A stretch of DNA of 64,000 nucleotides, from NCBI GenBank assembly GCA_963930055.1, contig CAWVKS010000008.1, positions 500,694-564,693 on the forward strand, written 5' to 3'. This document shows, piece after piece, positions 31,116 to 39,015 of the stretch. This DNA comes from an uncultured Bacillota bacterium (lineage in GTDB: Bacteria > Bacillota > Clostridia > Christensenellales > Aristaeellaceae). Both the position numbers and the translations under genes were made by a program. The notes beneath the pieces are model-generated. The model did no database searches. It had not been told where the DNA came from and saw only the letters and a list, made by a program, of their open reading frames with translations. Positions within the stretch are counted from its first letter, which is position 1; every line of letters starts with the position of its first letter.

Positions 31116-32885
31116 TTAACCCTCCCTCTTTTTGCCGCAGTTGGGGCAGAAGTTCGAGACGATTCCCTTTTGGCCACAGTCCGGGCAAGTCCAGCCCGTA
31201 TCCGGCGCGGGGCGCTTGTGGCCGCAGTTGGGGCAGAAATTCGATGTGATGCCCTTCTGGCCGCACTCCGGGCACGTCCAGCCCATATCCGGCGCGGGAC
31301 GCTTGTGGCCGCAGTTCGGGCAGAAGTTCGAGGCGATGCCCTTCTGGCCGCACTCCGGGCAATCCCAGCCATTCGGGGCGATGGCCCCGCCCACGGCCCT
31401 GCCCATCTGCGCGGCAGCATCCATGACGGGGTTGAGCGCGTCCTTGGTCATGCCGACCACGCTGCCCATGGCCCCGAGGGTGACGCCAAGTCCGGCGAGG
31501 TCGCCAAGGCCGCCGACTGCGCCGCCGCCATTGCCGGTGATGCCGTTTTGCATGGCCTCCAGACCCACCTGACGGGCGGTTTCCTGCTGGTAGGTATAGC
31601 CCTTCATGCGCATTTCCTCGGCTTCGGCGGCGGCCTTCATGCGGTAGGCCTCGGCTTCGGCCTGTTTCTGTATCTTCAGGGCTTCGGCCTCGCCCTGCGC
31701 GCCGATGATCTTCATCTGCGCGGCGGTTTGCGCCTCCACGGCCTTGCGGCGGGCGGCGGCTTCGGCCTCGCGGCGACGGATTTCCTCCTGGCGCACGCCG
31801 AGATACTGTTCGGCAAACTGTTCCTTCATGCGGCGGAAGTTGGGGTCGTCGTCCGGCGTGACCACGCGGCTGACGAAAAACTCCGCCATTTCCAGACCGT
31901 ATTCGGCCAGGCGGGGGTTGATCTTTTCGCGCAGAGCCTCGCTCAGCTCCATCAGCCGCTCGTCGATTTCCAGCACGCTGATGCCCTTTTCGCGGATGGC
32001 CGCAGCCAGATAGCTCTTCACCTGCGTCATCACCATGGCGCGGAAAAAACCCTTGCCGCCGCCGAGCAAATCCTCCTGCCGCAGGGTGGAAGTGGTGCCC
32101 ACCACGCGCAAAAGCAGCTTGCGGGCGTTGACCACGCGAATGTTGAATTCGCCGCTGGCGCCCAGTTCCACGTGCAGGCCGCTGGTGGGGTCAAAGAGGC
32201 GCACCTTGCTGTCCGTGCCCCACTTCACGCCCATCTGCGTGGCCATATTGATGAAGTAGACCTCGGAATGGAAGGTGCCCTCGGTGTCCGTGGGCAGCTT
32301 ATAGAGCTTTTCCAGCATGGGCAGCTGCTGCGTTTCCAGCGTGTAGCGGCCCGCGCCGAAGGCGTCCAGCGCCTGCCCGTCGCGGAAGAAGATGGCTTCC
32401 TGGCTTTCGTGGACGATGAGCTGGGAGCCGAGGTTGAAGTCCTCGATGGGGTGTTTCCAGACCAGCGTGTCGCCGTCGCCCTCGTATTTGATGATGCTGG
32501 CCAGGCCGTCCTGACGGATTTGTTCGGCCTTGAGGCGCTCGACGACGTCGTTTTCAAAATCGCACACCGGGCAGACATAGCGCTCCGCCCCGCGCGCCAC
32601 GCGCAGGCGCACGCCGCACTGACGGCAGGAAAACTCCACCGCCTTGGTCTGTTCGGCCATGGTGTTGATGGCCTCGCCGCAGACGGGGCAGCGCGCGTCC
32701 GCCCCCTTGGACTGGTCGAAAACCACATTGTTGCCGCAATGGGGGCAGGTGCGGCTGGCCATTTTGTCCGTGCGGACGTTGATGGTATAGCCGCAGGCGC
32801 AGTCGATCTTCTTGCGGGCGAAAAAGCCCGTCTTTGCTTCCACGTATTTCCCGCAGCGCGGGCATTCGATGACGAATTTGGCCAT
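31116..32885 (-). CDS. SPFH/band-7 (Band_7_1, YdjI-like) protein with six zinc-ribbon modules
   Basis: Three N-terminal CxxC…CxxC ribbons, a central SPFH-like core, a coiled-coil (…REAEAAARRKAVEAQ…) and three tandem C-terminal repeats GW(D/T)CP(E/D)CGQKGI.SNFCPNCG(H/K)KR. Start at MAKFV with a GAGGGA RBS; the track's start is MRENTMAKF at 32900. Confidence 0.8.
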   Translation of the reverse strand: MAKFVIECPRCGKYVEAKTGFFARKKIDCACGYTINVRTDKMASRTCPHCGNNVVFDQSKGADARCPVCGEAINTMAEQTKAVEFSCRQCGVRLRVARGAERYVCPVCDFENDVVERLKAEQIRQDGLASIIKYEGDGDTLVWKHPIEDFNLGSQLIVHESQEAIFFRDGQALDAFGAGRYTLETQQLPMLEKLYKLPTDTEGTFHSEVYFINMATQMGVKWGTDSKVRLFDPTSGLHVELGASGEFNIRVVNARKLLLRVVGTTSTLRQEDLLGGGKGFFRAMVMTQVKSYLAAAIREKGISVLEIDERLMELSEALREKINPRLAEYGLEMAEFFVSRVVTPDDDPNFRRMKEQFAEQYLGVRQEEIRRREAEAAARRKAVEAQTAAQMKIIGAQGEAEALKIQKQAEAEAYRMKAAAEAEEMRMKGYTYQQETARQVGLEAMQNGITGNGGGAVGGLGDLAGLGVTLGAMGSVVGMTKDALNPVMDAAAQMGRAVGGAIAPNGWDCPECGQKGIASNFCPNCGHKRPAPDMGWTCPECGQKGITSNFCPNCGHKRPAPDTGWTCPDCGQKGIVSNFCPNCGKKREG

Positions 32886-32896
32886 GGTGTTTTCCC

Positions 32897-33889
32897 TCAC
32901 TTCTCTGTTGTGTTGCGGTCGGTCTGCATATCCTCGATGGCGGTTTGGTAGAAGGCGCGGAAGAAGGCGGATCCGTCATAGGCCTTGCCAGCGCAACTCA
33001 ACGTGTCCTCGTCAAAGCCCAGGCCGCGCACGTCCGCGCCGTAGACCTTCAGAAGTTCGTGTTTGACGGTTTCCTGAGCGCATTTCGGCGCATAAAACAC
33101 CGTCTTTCCATGGTGGGCGCGCTCGCGCTTTTTGCGGTTCAGCAGCCACCAGAAATCCCATTCGGAAAAATCGCTGCCGAAGCCGAGTATGTAGACGTCG
33201 CCCATGATGAAAGCGTCCAGCCAGCTTTCCAGCAGCGGCGGCTGGCCGTTTTGCTGGCGCTCGCGCTGCTCGTCGGCGCGCGCGGAGAGGTGCTTGTCGT
33301 AGTTTTGGAGCAGCTTGCCGTAGAGATAATGGCCGAGGATGACGCTCTCGGGCTTGCGCGCCTCGCCGTGGATGTGCCAAATCTTCTGTTCGCGCCCTTC
33401 GCGAACGACGGCGTTGTAGGTGTGCAGAAGGTATTTCGTCTCCGCGTGCTGGCTCGTGTGGCGCATGGCCGCCTTGAAGGGGCATTTTTTATGGAGGCAC
33501 TTCCCCTGCGGGCAGAGGCGCGCCTCGAGGGCGGGGTCGGCGGCGCATTCCAGCTCATAGCTGTAATTTGTGGTCAGTATATGGTCAAAACCCATGTTCC
33601 AAACGGGTTCCAGCGCCGCGCGCAGGGCGGAAAGCCCCCGCAGGCAGCAGAGCGCGGCGCGGTTTTCGCGTATGGCCGCATCCACCGCGTCTTTTGTGCC
33701 CAGCACCACTTGCAGCGGGAAGGGAATCCCCGCAACCTGCGGGTTTTCATGGGAAATGCTGTCGTTCTTCCAGAAGTTTTTGATGAGCCCTCCCCAGCTT
33801 TCGCCGCCAAAGGCGCGGTTCAGGCCGTTGCCCAGCAGCAGAACTTGGGGATAGACGTCCTGCGGGCCTTGCGTGCTGTTGTATTCCAT
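32897..33889 (-). CDS. SIR2-like domain protein (SIR2_2/DUF4020 type, standalone, about 330 aa)
   Basis: …VLLLGNGLNRAFGG… Rossmann-like start. Catalytic-type motifs ILTTNYSYE (TTNY Asn) and IWHIHGE (His). …ILGFGSDFSEWDFWWLL… typical of the bacterial SIR2_2 family. No SLOG/Macro domain follows. GGAAAGG RBS before ATG 33889. Confidence 0.8.
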   Translation of the reverse strand: MEYNSTQGPQDVYPQVLLLGNGLNRAFGGESWGGLIKNFWKNDSISHENPQVAGIPFPLQVVLGTKDAVDAAIRENRAALCCLRGLSALRAALEPVWNMGFDHILTTNYSYELECAADPALEARLCPQGKCLHKKCPFKAAMRHTSQHAETKYLLHTYNAVVREGREQKIWHIHGEARKPESVILGHYLYGKLLQNYDKHLSARADEQRERQQNGQPPLLESWLDAFIMGDVYILGFGSDFSEWDFWWLLNRKKRERAHHGKTVFYAPKCAQETVKHELLKVYGADVRGLGFDEDTLSCAGKAYDGSAFFRAFYQTAIEDMQTDRNTTEK

Positions 33890-33934
33890 GTTTGGCCAAC
33901 CTTTCCGGCGCAATGCGCGCCTGTGCATTGGGGG

Positions 33935-36900
33935 TTACTGGCGGACGAGGATGTCGGACCAGGTGGAGACGCCATAGTTTCTGCCCACAGCCACTACCGT
34001 GCCGTCGGATTTCAGGCCCACTGTATGCCAGAATCCAGCGCTGACCGCCACGATGTCTGTCCAGTCCTCTACGTCGCACTCGCCATCCTGGTTGCTGCCC
34101 ACAGCCACCACCGTGCCGTCCGACTTCAGGCCCACTGTATACCAGTTTCCAGCGCTGACCGCCACGATGTCTGTCCAACCCTCTACGTCGCACTGGCCAT
34201 GGTAATTATCGCCCACAGCCACCACCGTGCCGTCCGACTTCAGGCCCACGGTATGTCTGTTCCCAACGCTGACCGCCACGATGTCTATCCAGCCCTCTAC
34301 GTCGCACTGGCCATAGCCATTATCGCCCACAGCTACCACCGTGCCGTCCGACTTCAGGCCCACGGTATGTTCGTATCCAGCGCTGACCGCCACGATGTCT
34401 GTCCAATCCTCTACGTCGCACTGGCCATCGTAATCCTCGCTGTCTCCGGTATACTCTGTCGCCACCACCGTGCCATCTGACTTTAGGCCCACTGTATGCC
34501 GGTCTCCAGTGCTGACTGCCACGATGTCTATCCAGCCCTCTACGTCGCACTGGCCATGGTAAAACTTGCTGTCTGCGTTATACTCTGTCGCCACCACCGT
34601 GCCGTCCGACTTCAAGCCCACGGTATAGCTCATAAAAACGCCACCCCCAGCGCTGACCGCCACGATGTCTGTCCAGCCCTCTACGTCGCACTCGCCATCG
34701 TAATTATAGCCCACAGCCACCACCGTGCCGTCCGACTTCAGGCCCACGGTATGATATCCCCCAGTGCTGACCGTCTCCCTGTCGGCGATTTGTTCCCAGA
34801 TGGCGAAACTCCGTTCCCGCGCGCCGGGATAATCGCCAAGCTGGCCGTACAGGATGGCCGCCGCGCCCAGATTTCCTTCTGCCTCCATGGCTTCCGCCGG
34901 TGCGAAGCGAATTGCCTGCGCGCGTTCCAATGCGTCTTCATAGTCGCCTGCGGCCTCGAATGCCGTTGCTGCGCCGTCGGTGTCGCTCGCCGCAAGCAGC
35001 GCTTCCGCCTTGGCGTAGTGCGTTGCCAGTATGCGCTCCGACGCATCCTCATAGCTGTCTGCGGCCTCAAATTCCGCAATCGCTCCGTCGTAATCCCCCG
35101 CCGCCAGCAGCGCTTCCGCCTGTGCGTAGTGCGTTACCGGTATGCGTTCCGACGCATCCTCATAGCTGCCTGCGGCCTCAAATTCCGCAATCGCTCCGTC
35201 ATAGTCCCCTGCCGCCAACAGCTCTTCCGCCTTGGCGTAGTGTACGCCCGGTATGCGCTGCGGGGCGTCGTTGTAGTTCCCCAGCGCTGCAAATTCCGCC
35301 AGCGCGCCGTCATAGTCCCCCGCCGTTTGTAGGGCGTCCGCGTAGGCATAACGCGCCTGGAGCATGCGGGATGTGGCGTCTTTGTATCCGCCTATGGCTT
35401 CAAACGCCTGTGCCGCCTCCTCATATTGGCCGCTCTCGTAGAGTTCTTCCGCTGCCTGATAATTCTGGGAGGGGATAAATATTTGCGTAATGTACCACAA
35501 CGCTACCGCCGCGATGGCGATTAGGAGCACGGCGATGATGATATTGCGCTTGCGCTTCCTTGCCTGCTCCTGCGCATGCTGCAGCGCCACCTGCTCCTGC
35601 TTATCTCTCAAATCACGACATTGCTTTGCGCGCTCGGCGCTGTCTTTATAGTCTTTCAGGCGTCTAAAGTCACTGCTGAGGTCTGCAAATTCGTATGCGG
35701 TTTTCGCCTCCGCCTGCTTCTTGCAAAGCAGCTGGTAGTCCTCTTCCCGGCGCGCTTCAGCTTGGTGGAAAAGTTCCTCCGCCTTGCGGTCGCACTCGTC
35801 CAGCGCCTGAGCGTAGGCCTTGCGCGCCGCTTCCTTTGCCTGCGCGTCGCGGCGCTCCGCCTGTTGCACGCACTCGTTCCAGCGGCTCTCAAAGGCCCGT
35901 TCCCCCGATTCCAGCTGCTCATTGAAAGGCCCGGCGGCGAAATGGCGCGCTTTTTTCATGTCGCTGTCGTTGGCGAATTTGGCCCGGTTTTGATTGCTTG
36001 TCGACAGCCAGTAGTCCGCCACTGAAGTATACGGCTTGGGCGGCGCGTATTGGGCGCGGATTTCGCTTTCCGTCAGGTAATTCTCGATGGCAAAGCGCTT
36101 GACCGCCGCGTCGGCGCGGGATTTGTCCGCCTGCGCGGCTTCTTTGGACACGCTCTTTTCGGCCCGTTTGGCGCGCTCGATCTGCTCCGCCGCGTACTGG
36201 GCGATGCCACTTGTCTGCACGCGGGCGAGAAATTTGCCCAAATAGGCCTCGGCGCATTCGGCGTTCATGTCCAGCACGCGGTCGAAGAACTCGTCCGCCG
36301 CCTTCCAGTTGCCGTCGCTCAGCGCCATGTTGCCGCGCTTGAGCAGGGCGTCGCCGGAAACGCCGCCCGCCGCCTGGACGACAACCTGCTGCGCGCTCTG
36401 CGCCGCGCCCTTGCCCAGCAGCTTTTCCACGCCGCGCACCAGATCCTGCACAGCGCCCAGCTTGCCCATGTCCTGCCCTTGCAGGTGGGTAAACTCCTTC
36501 GGCATGTCATAAGCGTCCACGCCCTTGTAGCAGGGAATCAGGTGCTTCTTCTGCCCCGAGGCGATGAGCGCGAGGAAGCGGCTCCATTCGTTCTTTACCC
36601 ACACGGCGTTGAAGTATTCATAGTCCGTGCCGAACACCAGCATCACCTTGGCGCTGTTCAGCGCCGCGAAGATGTACGGCTCGTATTCCGTGCCCAACTT
36701 GTCCTCCAGCGTGATGCGTGAGAAGAAGACCCGATAGCCCTTCTCCGTCAGGGCGTCGTACACCTCCTGCGCCATGACGCTGTCCGGCGTGCGCTCGCCG
36801 TTCTCGTCCGTCTCCTTGTAGCAGATGAATATGTCATAGGGCTGTTCTTTCCCCGACAGTTCCACGATGCGGCGGCGGATGTCCTCGATGGCCTTCGCTT

Positions 36901-37303
36901 CCTCGCGGTACACCTTGCGCGAAACGGCGTCGGCGTTCTCCTGAGCCTGTTCAAAGTCCGGGTCCTCCAGGATGCTCTCGAAGGACGAGCGGTGGCAGGT
37001 GGGTATCTTTTTGCCGGTGGCCGGGTCGTCCACGTATTCGATGCCGTAGCGGCAGAGGACGAGGCCCCAATATGCCTCCGCTTCGGTGGGGAACTCGGCG
37101 ACGATGCTTTCGTACACCGCGGCCGCCTTGTCGAATTCGCAGGCCGCGCGCAGGCGGTTGGCGCGGGCAAACAGCGTCAGTTTCTTCTCATTGTCCGCCG
37201 TGGGCACCGTCTGCCGCGTGCCGCAGTATTCGCACTCCGCCACGGTCATGCCCGCCTCGATGTTCAGGTCGCCTCCGCACATCTTGCACTTGATGATGGC
37301 CAT
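33935..37303 (-). CDS. Zn-ribbon / TIR-domain giant protein (1122 aa), paralog 3: coiled-coil, single TM helix, TPR-like repeats and an RCC1-like propeller
   Basis: Same head as paralog 2. TM RNIIIAVLLIAIAAVALWYITQIFI. About 10 TPR-like units, then about 9 RCC1-like blades. GGGAGGAAGAG RBS. Confidence 0.85.
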   Translation of the reverse strand: MAIIKCKMCGGDLNIEAGMTVAECEYCGTRQTVPTADNEKKLTLFARANRLRAACEFDKAAAVYESIVAEFPTEAEAYWGLVLCRYGIEYVDDPATGKKIPTCHRSSFESILEDPDFEQAQENADAVSRKVYREEAKAIEDIRRRIVELSGKEQPYDIFICYKETDENGERTPDSVMAQEVYDALTEKGYRVFFSRITLEDKLGTEYEPYIFAALNSAKVMLVFGTDYEYFNAVWVKNEWSRFLALIASGQKKHLIPCYKGVDAYDMPKEFTHLQGQDMGKLGAVQDLVRGVEKLLGKGAAQSAQQVVVQAAGGVSGDALLKRGNMALSDGNWKAADEFFDRVLDMNAECAEAYLGKFLARVQTSGIAQYAAEQIERAKRAEKSVSKEAAQADKSRADAAVKRFAIENYLTESEIRAQYAPPKPYTSVADYWLSTSNQNRAKFANDSDMKKARHFAAGPFNEQLESGERAFESRWNECVQQAERRDAQAKEAARKAYAQALDECDRKAEELFHQAEARREEDYQLLCKKQAEAKTAYEFADLSSDFRRLKDYKDSAERAKQCRDLRDKQEQVALQHAQEQARKRKRNIIIAVLLIAIAAVALWYITQIFIPSQNYQAAEELYESGQYEEAAQAFEAIGGYKDATSRMLQARYAYADALQTAGDYDGALAEFAALGNYNDAPQRIPGVHYAKAEELLAAGDYDGAIAEFEAAGSYEDASERIPVTHYAQAEALLAAGDYDGAIAEFEAADSYEDASERILATHYAKAEALLAASDTDGAATAFEAAGDYEDALERAQAIRFAPAEAMEAEGNLGAAAILYGQLGDYPGARERSFAIWEQIADRETVSTGGYHTVGLKSDGTVVAVGYNYDGECDVEGWTDIVAVSAGGGVFMSYTVGLKSDGTVVATEYNADSKFYHGQCDVEGWIDIVAVSTGDRHTVGLKSDGTVVATEYTGDSEDYDGQCDVEDWTDIVAVSAGYEHTVGLKSDGTVVAVGDNGYGQCDVEGWIDIVAVSVGNRHTVGLKSDGTVVAVGDNYHGQCDVEGWTDIVAVSAGNWYTVGLKSDGTVVAVGSNQDGECDVEDWTDIVAVSAGFWHTVGLKSDGTVVAVGRNYGVSTWSDILVRQ

Positions 37304-37305
37304 CT

Positions 37306-37530
37306 CTACTCTTCCTCCCGCTTTTGTGTGGTTTGGGGTATGTCAAGGTGTTCCAGCGCGAACTCCAATGCCAACGAGATCAACTCGTTGCGCGTCCGCC
37401 CTGTCTTCTCCGCGGCATCGTCCAGCGCCTGCAACATGTCACGCGGTATCCGCATGGACACTACCGTGGACGCGGCCGTGTACTTGCGGGGCGTTATCTG
37501 CAATTTGGGAATGTTTTTCCTTTCCAACAT
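37306..37530 (-). CDS. Ribbon-helix-helix (CopG/Arc-like) DNA-binding protein, first gene of the operon
   Basis: …VVSMRIPRDMLQALDDAAEKTGRTRNELISLALEFALEHL… RHH fold signature. AAGGA RBS before ATG 37530. Its stop lies 2 nt before the start of the downstream TIR gene. Confidence 0.6.
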   Translation of the reverse strand: MLERKNIPKLQITPRKYTAASTVVSMRIPRDMLQALDDAAEKTGRTRNELISLALEFALEHLDIPQTTQKREEE

Positions 37531-37555
37531 CTTCACGTCCTTTGCGTTAAGTGTA

Positions 37556-37567
37556 ATACAAATGTAT
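37556..37567. promoter_or_regulatory. 12-bp palindrome ATACAAATGTAT in the operon promoter region (candidate RHH operator)
   Basis: Perfect inverted half-sites ATACA/TGTAT. It lies 26-37 bp upstream of the RHH start, between TTGACT-like and TACACT-like hexamers on the minus strand. Confidence 0.3.
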
Positions 37568-37671
37568 GCGGAAGTCAAGGCTTTGCAAGGGGTGGTTTTG
37601 ACGTCACTTTGTAAGAACGATTTTGCAGTGCAGAGCATCCACACATGTGCAAACAAAAATGGGCGCATGAA

Positions 37672-37710
37672 AAAAGGCCTGCTCTCCAGCAGACCTTCTT
37701 ATAACGGCAT
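37672..37710 (-). terminator. Rho-independent terminator after the RelE/ParE gene
   Basis: Minus strand: hairpin ggtctgctggagagcaggcc followed by TTTTTT. Confidence 0.45.
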
Positions 37711-37731
37711 TTGCTTCACGGCGGCTTGTCG

Positions 37732-37980
37732 TCAGTACGCCTTATATACGTCTCCCCTGTTGTCAGCGGATATGACGATGATTCGATATGTCTCTTCGTA
37801 CTGCTCATAGATGATCCTGTAATCGCCCACGCGCAGACGTTTTTTGTCCGTCCCTTTGAGCGGCTTCACATCGCCCTCGGGCAAGCGCATGATCGCGGCA
37901 TACAGGCGCAGTCTTTGCGGCTTGGGCTGCTTTTCAATGAATTTCCTCGCGGGCTTATCAATGAACATTTCGTATTTCAT
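37732..37980 (-). CDS. RelE/ParE-family type II toxin
   Basis: 82 aa, …KKRLRVGDYRIIYEQYEETYRIIVISADNRGDVY… matches the RelE/ParE superfamily C-terminal pattern. Overlaps the upstream small ORF. Confidence 0.55.
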   Translation of the reverse strand: MKYEMFIDKPARKFIEKQPKPQRLRLYAAIMRLPEGDVKPLKGTDKKRLRVGDYRIIYEQYEETYRIIVISADNRGDVYKAY

Positions 37981-38362
37981 CCATCGTCAGCCCCGCTTCC
38001 CGCACGGCGTCTTCCAAAGGCAGGAAGTCGCCCTTTTCTTCCTCGGGCAGATGTTCATATTCTTGCGCCAGTTTCAGGCAAAAAGCATCGTCATCTGCTT
38101 CTTCCAGACGCTTCTTCTCGGCGTACAGCATCCCAATGACGGTGTACAACTGCGCGTCGGTAAATCCGTCGATGAGTTCCTTGGCAAGTTCGCGGTTGCT
38201 CACTGTGTCCACCTCCCGTTTCTTATCAGGATATTCGGACATCCTTCTTTTTAGACGAAACTGCCGGTCAGACGGTTCCTCTGTCCCTTTGCAAATGAGC
38301 ACGCTATGCCCCTTTGCCTCCTGGGCGGCAAGGCGCTGCGCTCCATGCGCCTTTCCCCGCAT
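37958..38362 (-). CDS. Putative cognate antitoxin (start uncertain: 38371 TTG, 38362 ATG or 38242 ATG)
   Basis: Small acidic protein immediately upstream of, and overlapping, the RelE/ParE gene (typical TA organisation). No family is confidently recognised. Confidence 0.35.
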   Translation of the reverse strand: MRGKAHGAQRLAAQEAKGHSVLICKGTEEPSDRQFRLKRRMSEYPDKKREVDTVSNRELAKELIDGFTDAQLYTVIGMLYAEKKRLEEADDDAFCLKLAQEYEHLPEEEKGDFLPLEDAVREAGLTMDEIRNVH

Positions 38363-38676
38363 CGTTGACAAGATGTTGTATGATCTTGTGAATGCAGAAG
38401 GACTCTCTTTAATTGTATCATAAACATAACATTATATCTGCGAAGCGCAAACATTTAACGAGAATTTATCATGTAATCTGCTGGTTTTGCCGCACAGGTG
38501 TAGGACGCTGAAACGTCCGTCTCAAGGGTTCTCTCGAATTTAGGCTGTTCCAAGCCAGTTTGCAATGTCGACATCAAAACCCCGGAGTTTCCTCGCGCGG
38601 AGGCTCCGGGGCGATTTCGGTTCCTTGCCCTTGCATGGATGAATCCGCAATATACGCCCGGTCGCGTTTCTTCTTA

Positions 38677-38800
38677 CATCCTTGGTAAGGATGAGGTCAC
38701 CGGTTCAAATCCGGTCATCAGCTCCAGAAACCAGTCAGAAATGGCTGGTTTTTTTGTGGTTATGGGGCGGATTTTGCAGGAATGGGCGCTCCATCCTGCG
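38677..38800. repeat. attR-side partial duplicate of the tRNA-Thr 3' half plus downstream sequence
   Basis: catccttggtaaggatgaggtcaccggttcaaatccggtcatcagctccagaaaccagtcagaaatggctggttttttt… matches 17672-17790. Confidence 0.7.
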
Positions 38801-38848
38801 TTTTTGTTGACCTCTATCCTTCCGGGGCGGGGATTGTCCGTTTTTCCA

Positions 38849-39013
38849 TCAGCTTTTTCGCCCTTTGCCCCCTTCAAAAGCCCTGTGCCGCAGGCGTTTT
38901 CGGGGGGTTCCAAAATCAGTTTTCCCGTCAGGGGTCAACCCGTAGGCCGCGGCGATGGGAAGGGCGGTGTTGGCATGCGCCTGTCGGCCTTTTCCATAGT
39001 GCTTCAAGGGATA
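38849..39013 (-). pseudogene. Remnant of a second tyrosine integrase 3' end, truncated by the IS insertion
   Basis: DNA after the second att repeat parallels the DNA after the first (…aaaagccctgtgccgcaggcg…). The encoded …ANTALPIAAAYGLTPDGKTDF resembles the first integrase C-terminus …ATPVASAYGLACDWTGSW. Similarity stops at 39014. Confidence 0.45.
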
Positions 39014-39015
39014 AG

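Noticed and set aside
28338-32951. Very long plus-strand ORFs (1537, 1078, 698, 614, 588, 556 aa etc.) overlapping the minus-strand TIR genes, polA, the ABC-F gene, the SBP gene and the SH3 hydrolase gene.
   Set aside because: They are antisense to genes with clear domain content and RBSs. Their products are Arg/Ala/Gly-rich low-complexity strings typical of stop-codon-poor antisense frames in about 65% GC DNA. They lack RBSs and run across several independent gene boundaries.
22953-37303. Canonical type I/II Thoeris (ThsA SIR2-SLOG or Macro + small ThsB TIR).
   Set aside because: The SIR2 protein lacks any SLOG/Macro domain. The TIR proteins are 824-1651-aa multi-domain giants with zinc ribbons, TM helices and propellers. 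Gene content (SPFH, membrane protein, RHH) is foreign to Thoeris. It is reported as a related but distinct system.
22953-37303. Diversity-generating retroelement explanation for the hypervariable repeat positions.
   Set aside because: No reverse transcriptase gene and no template/variable repeat pair with adenine-specific differences were seen in the window. Variation is better explained by repeat recombination.
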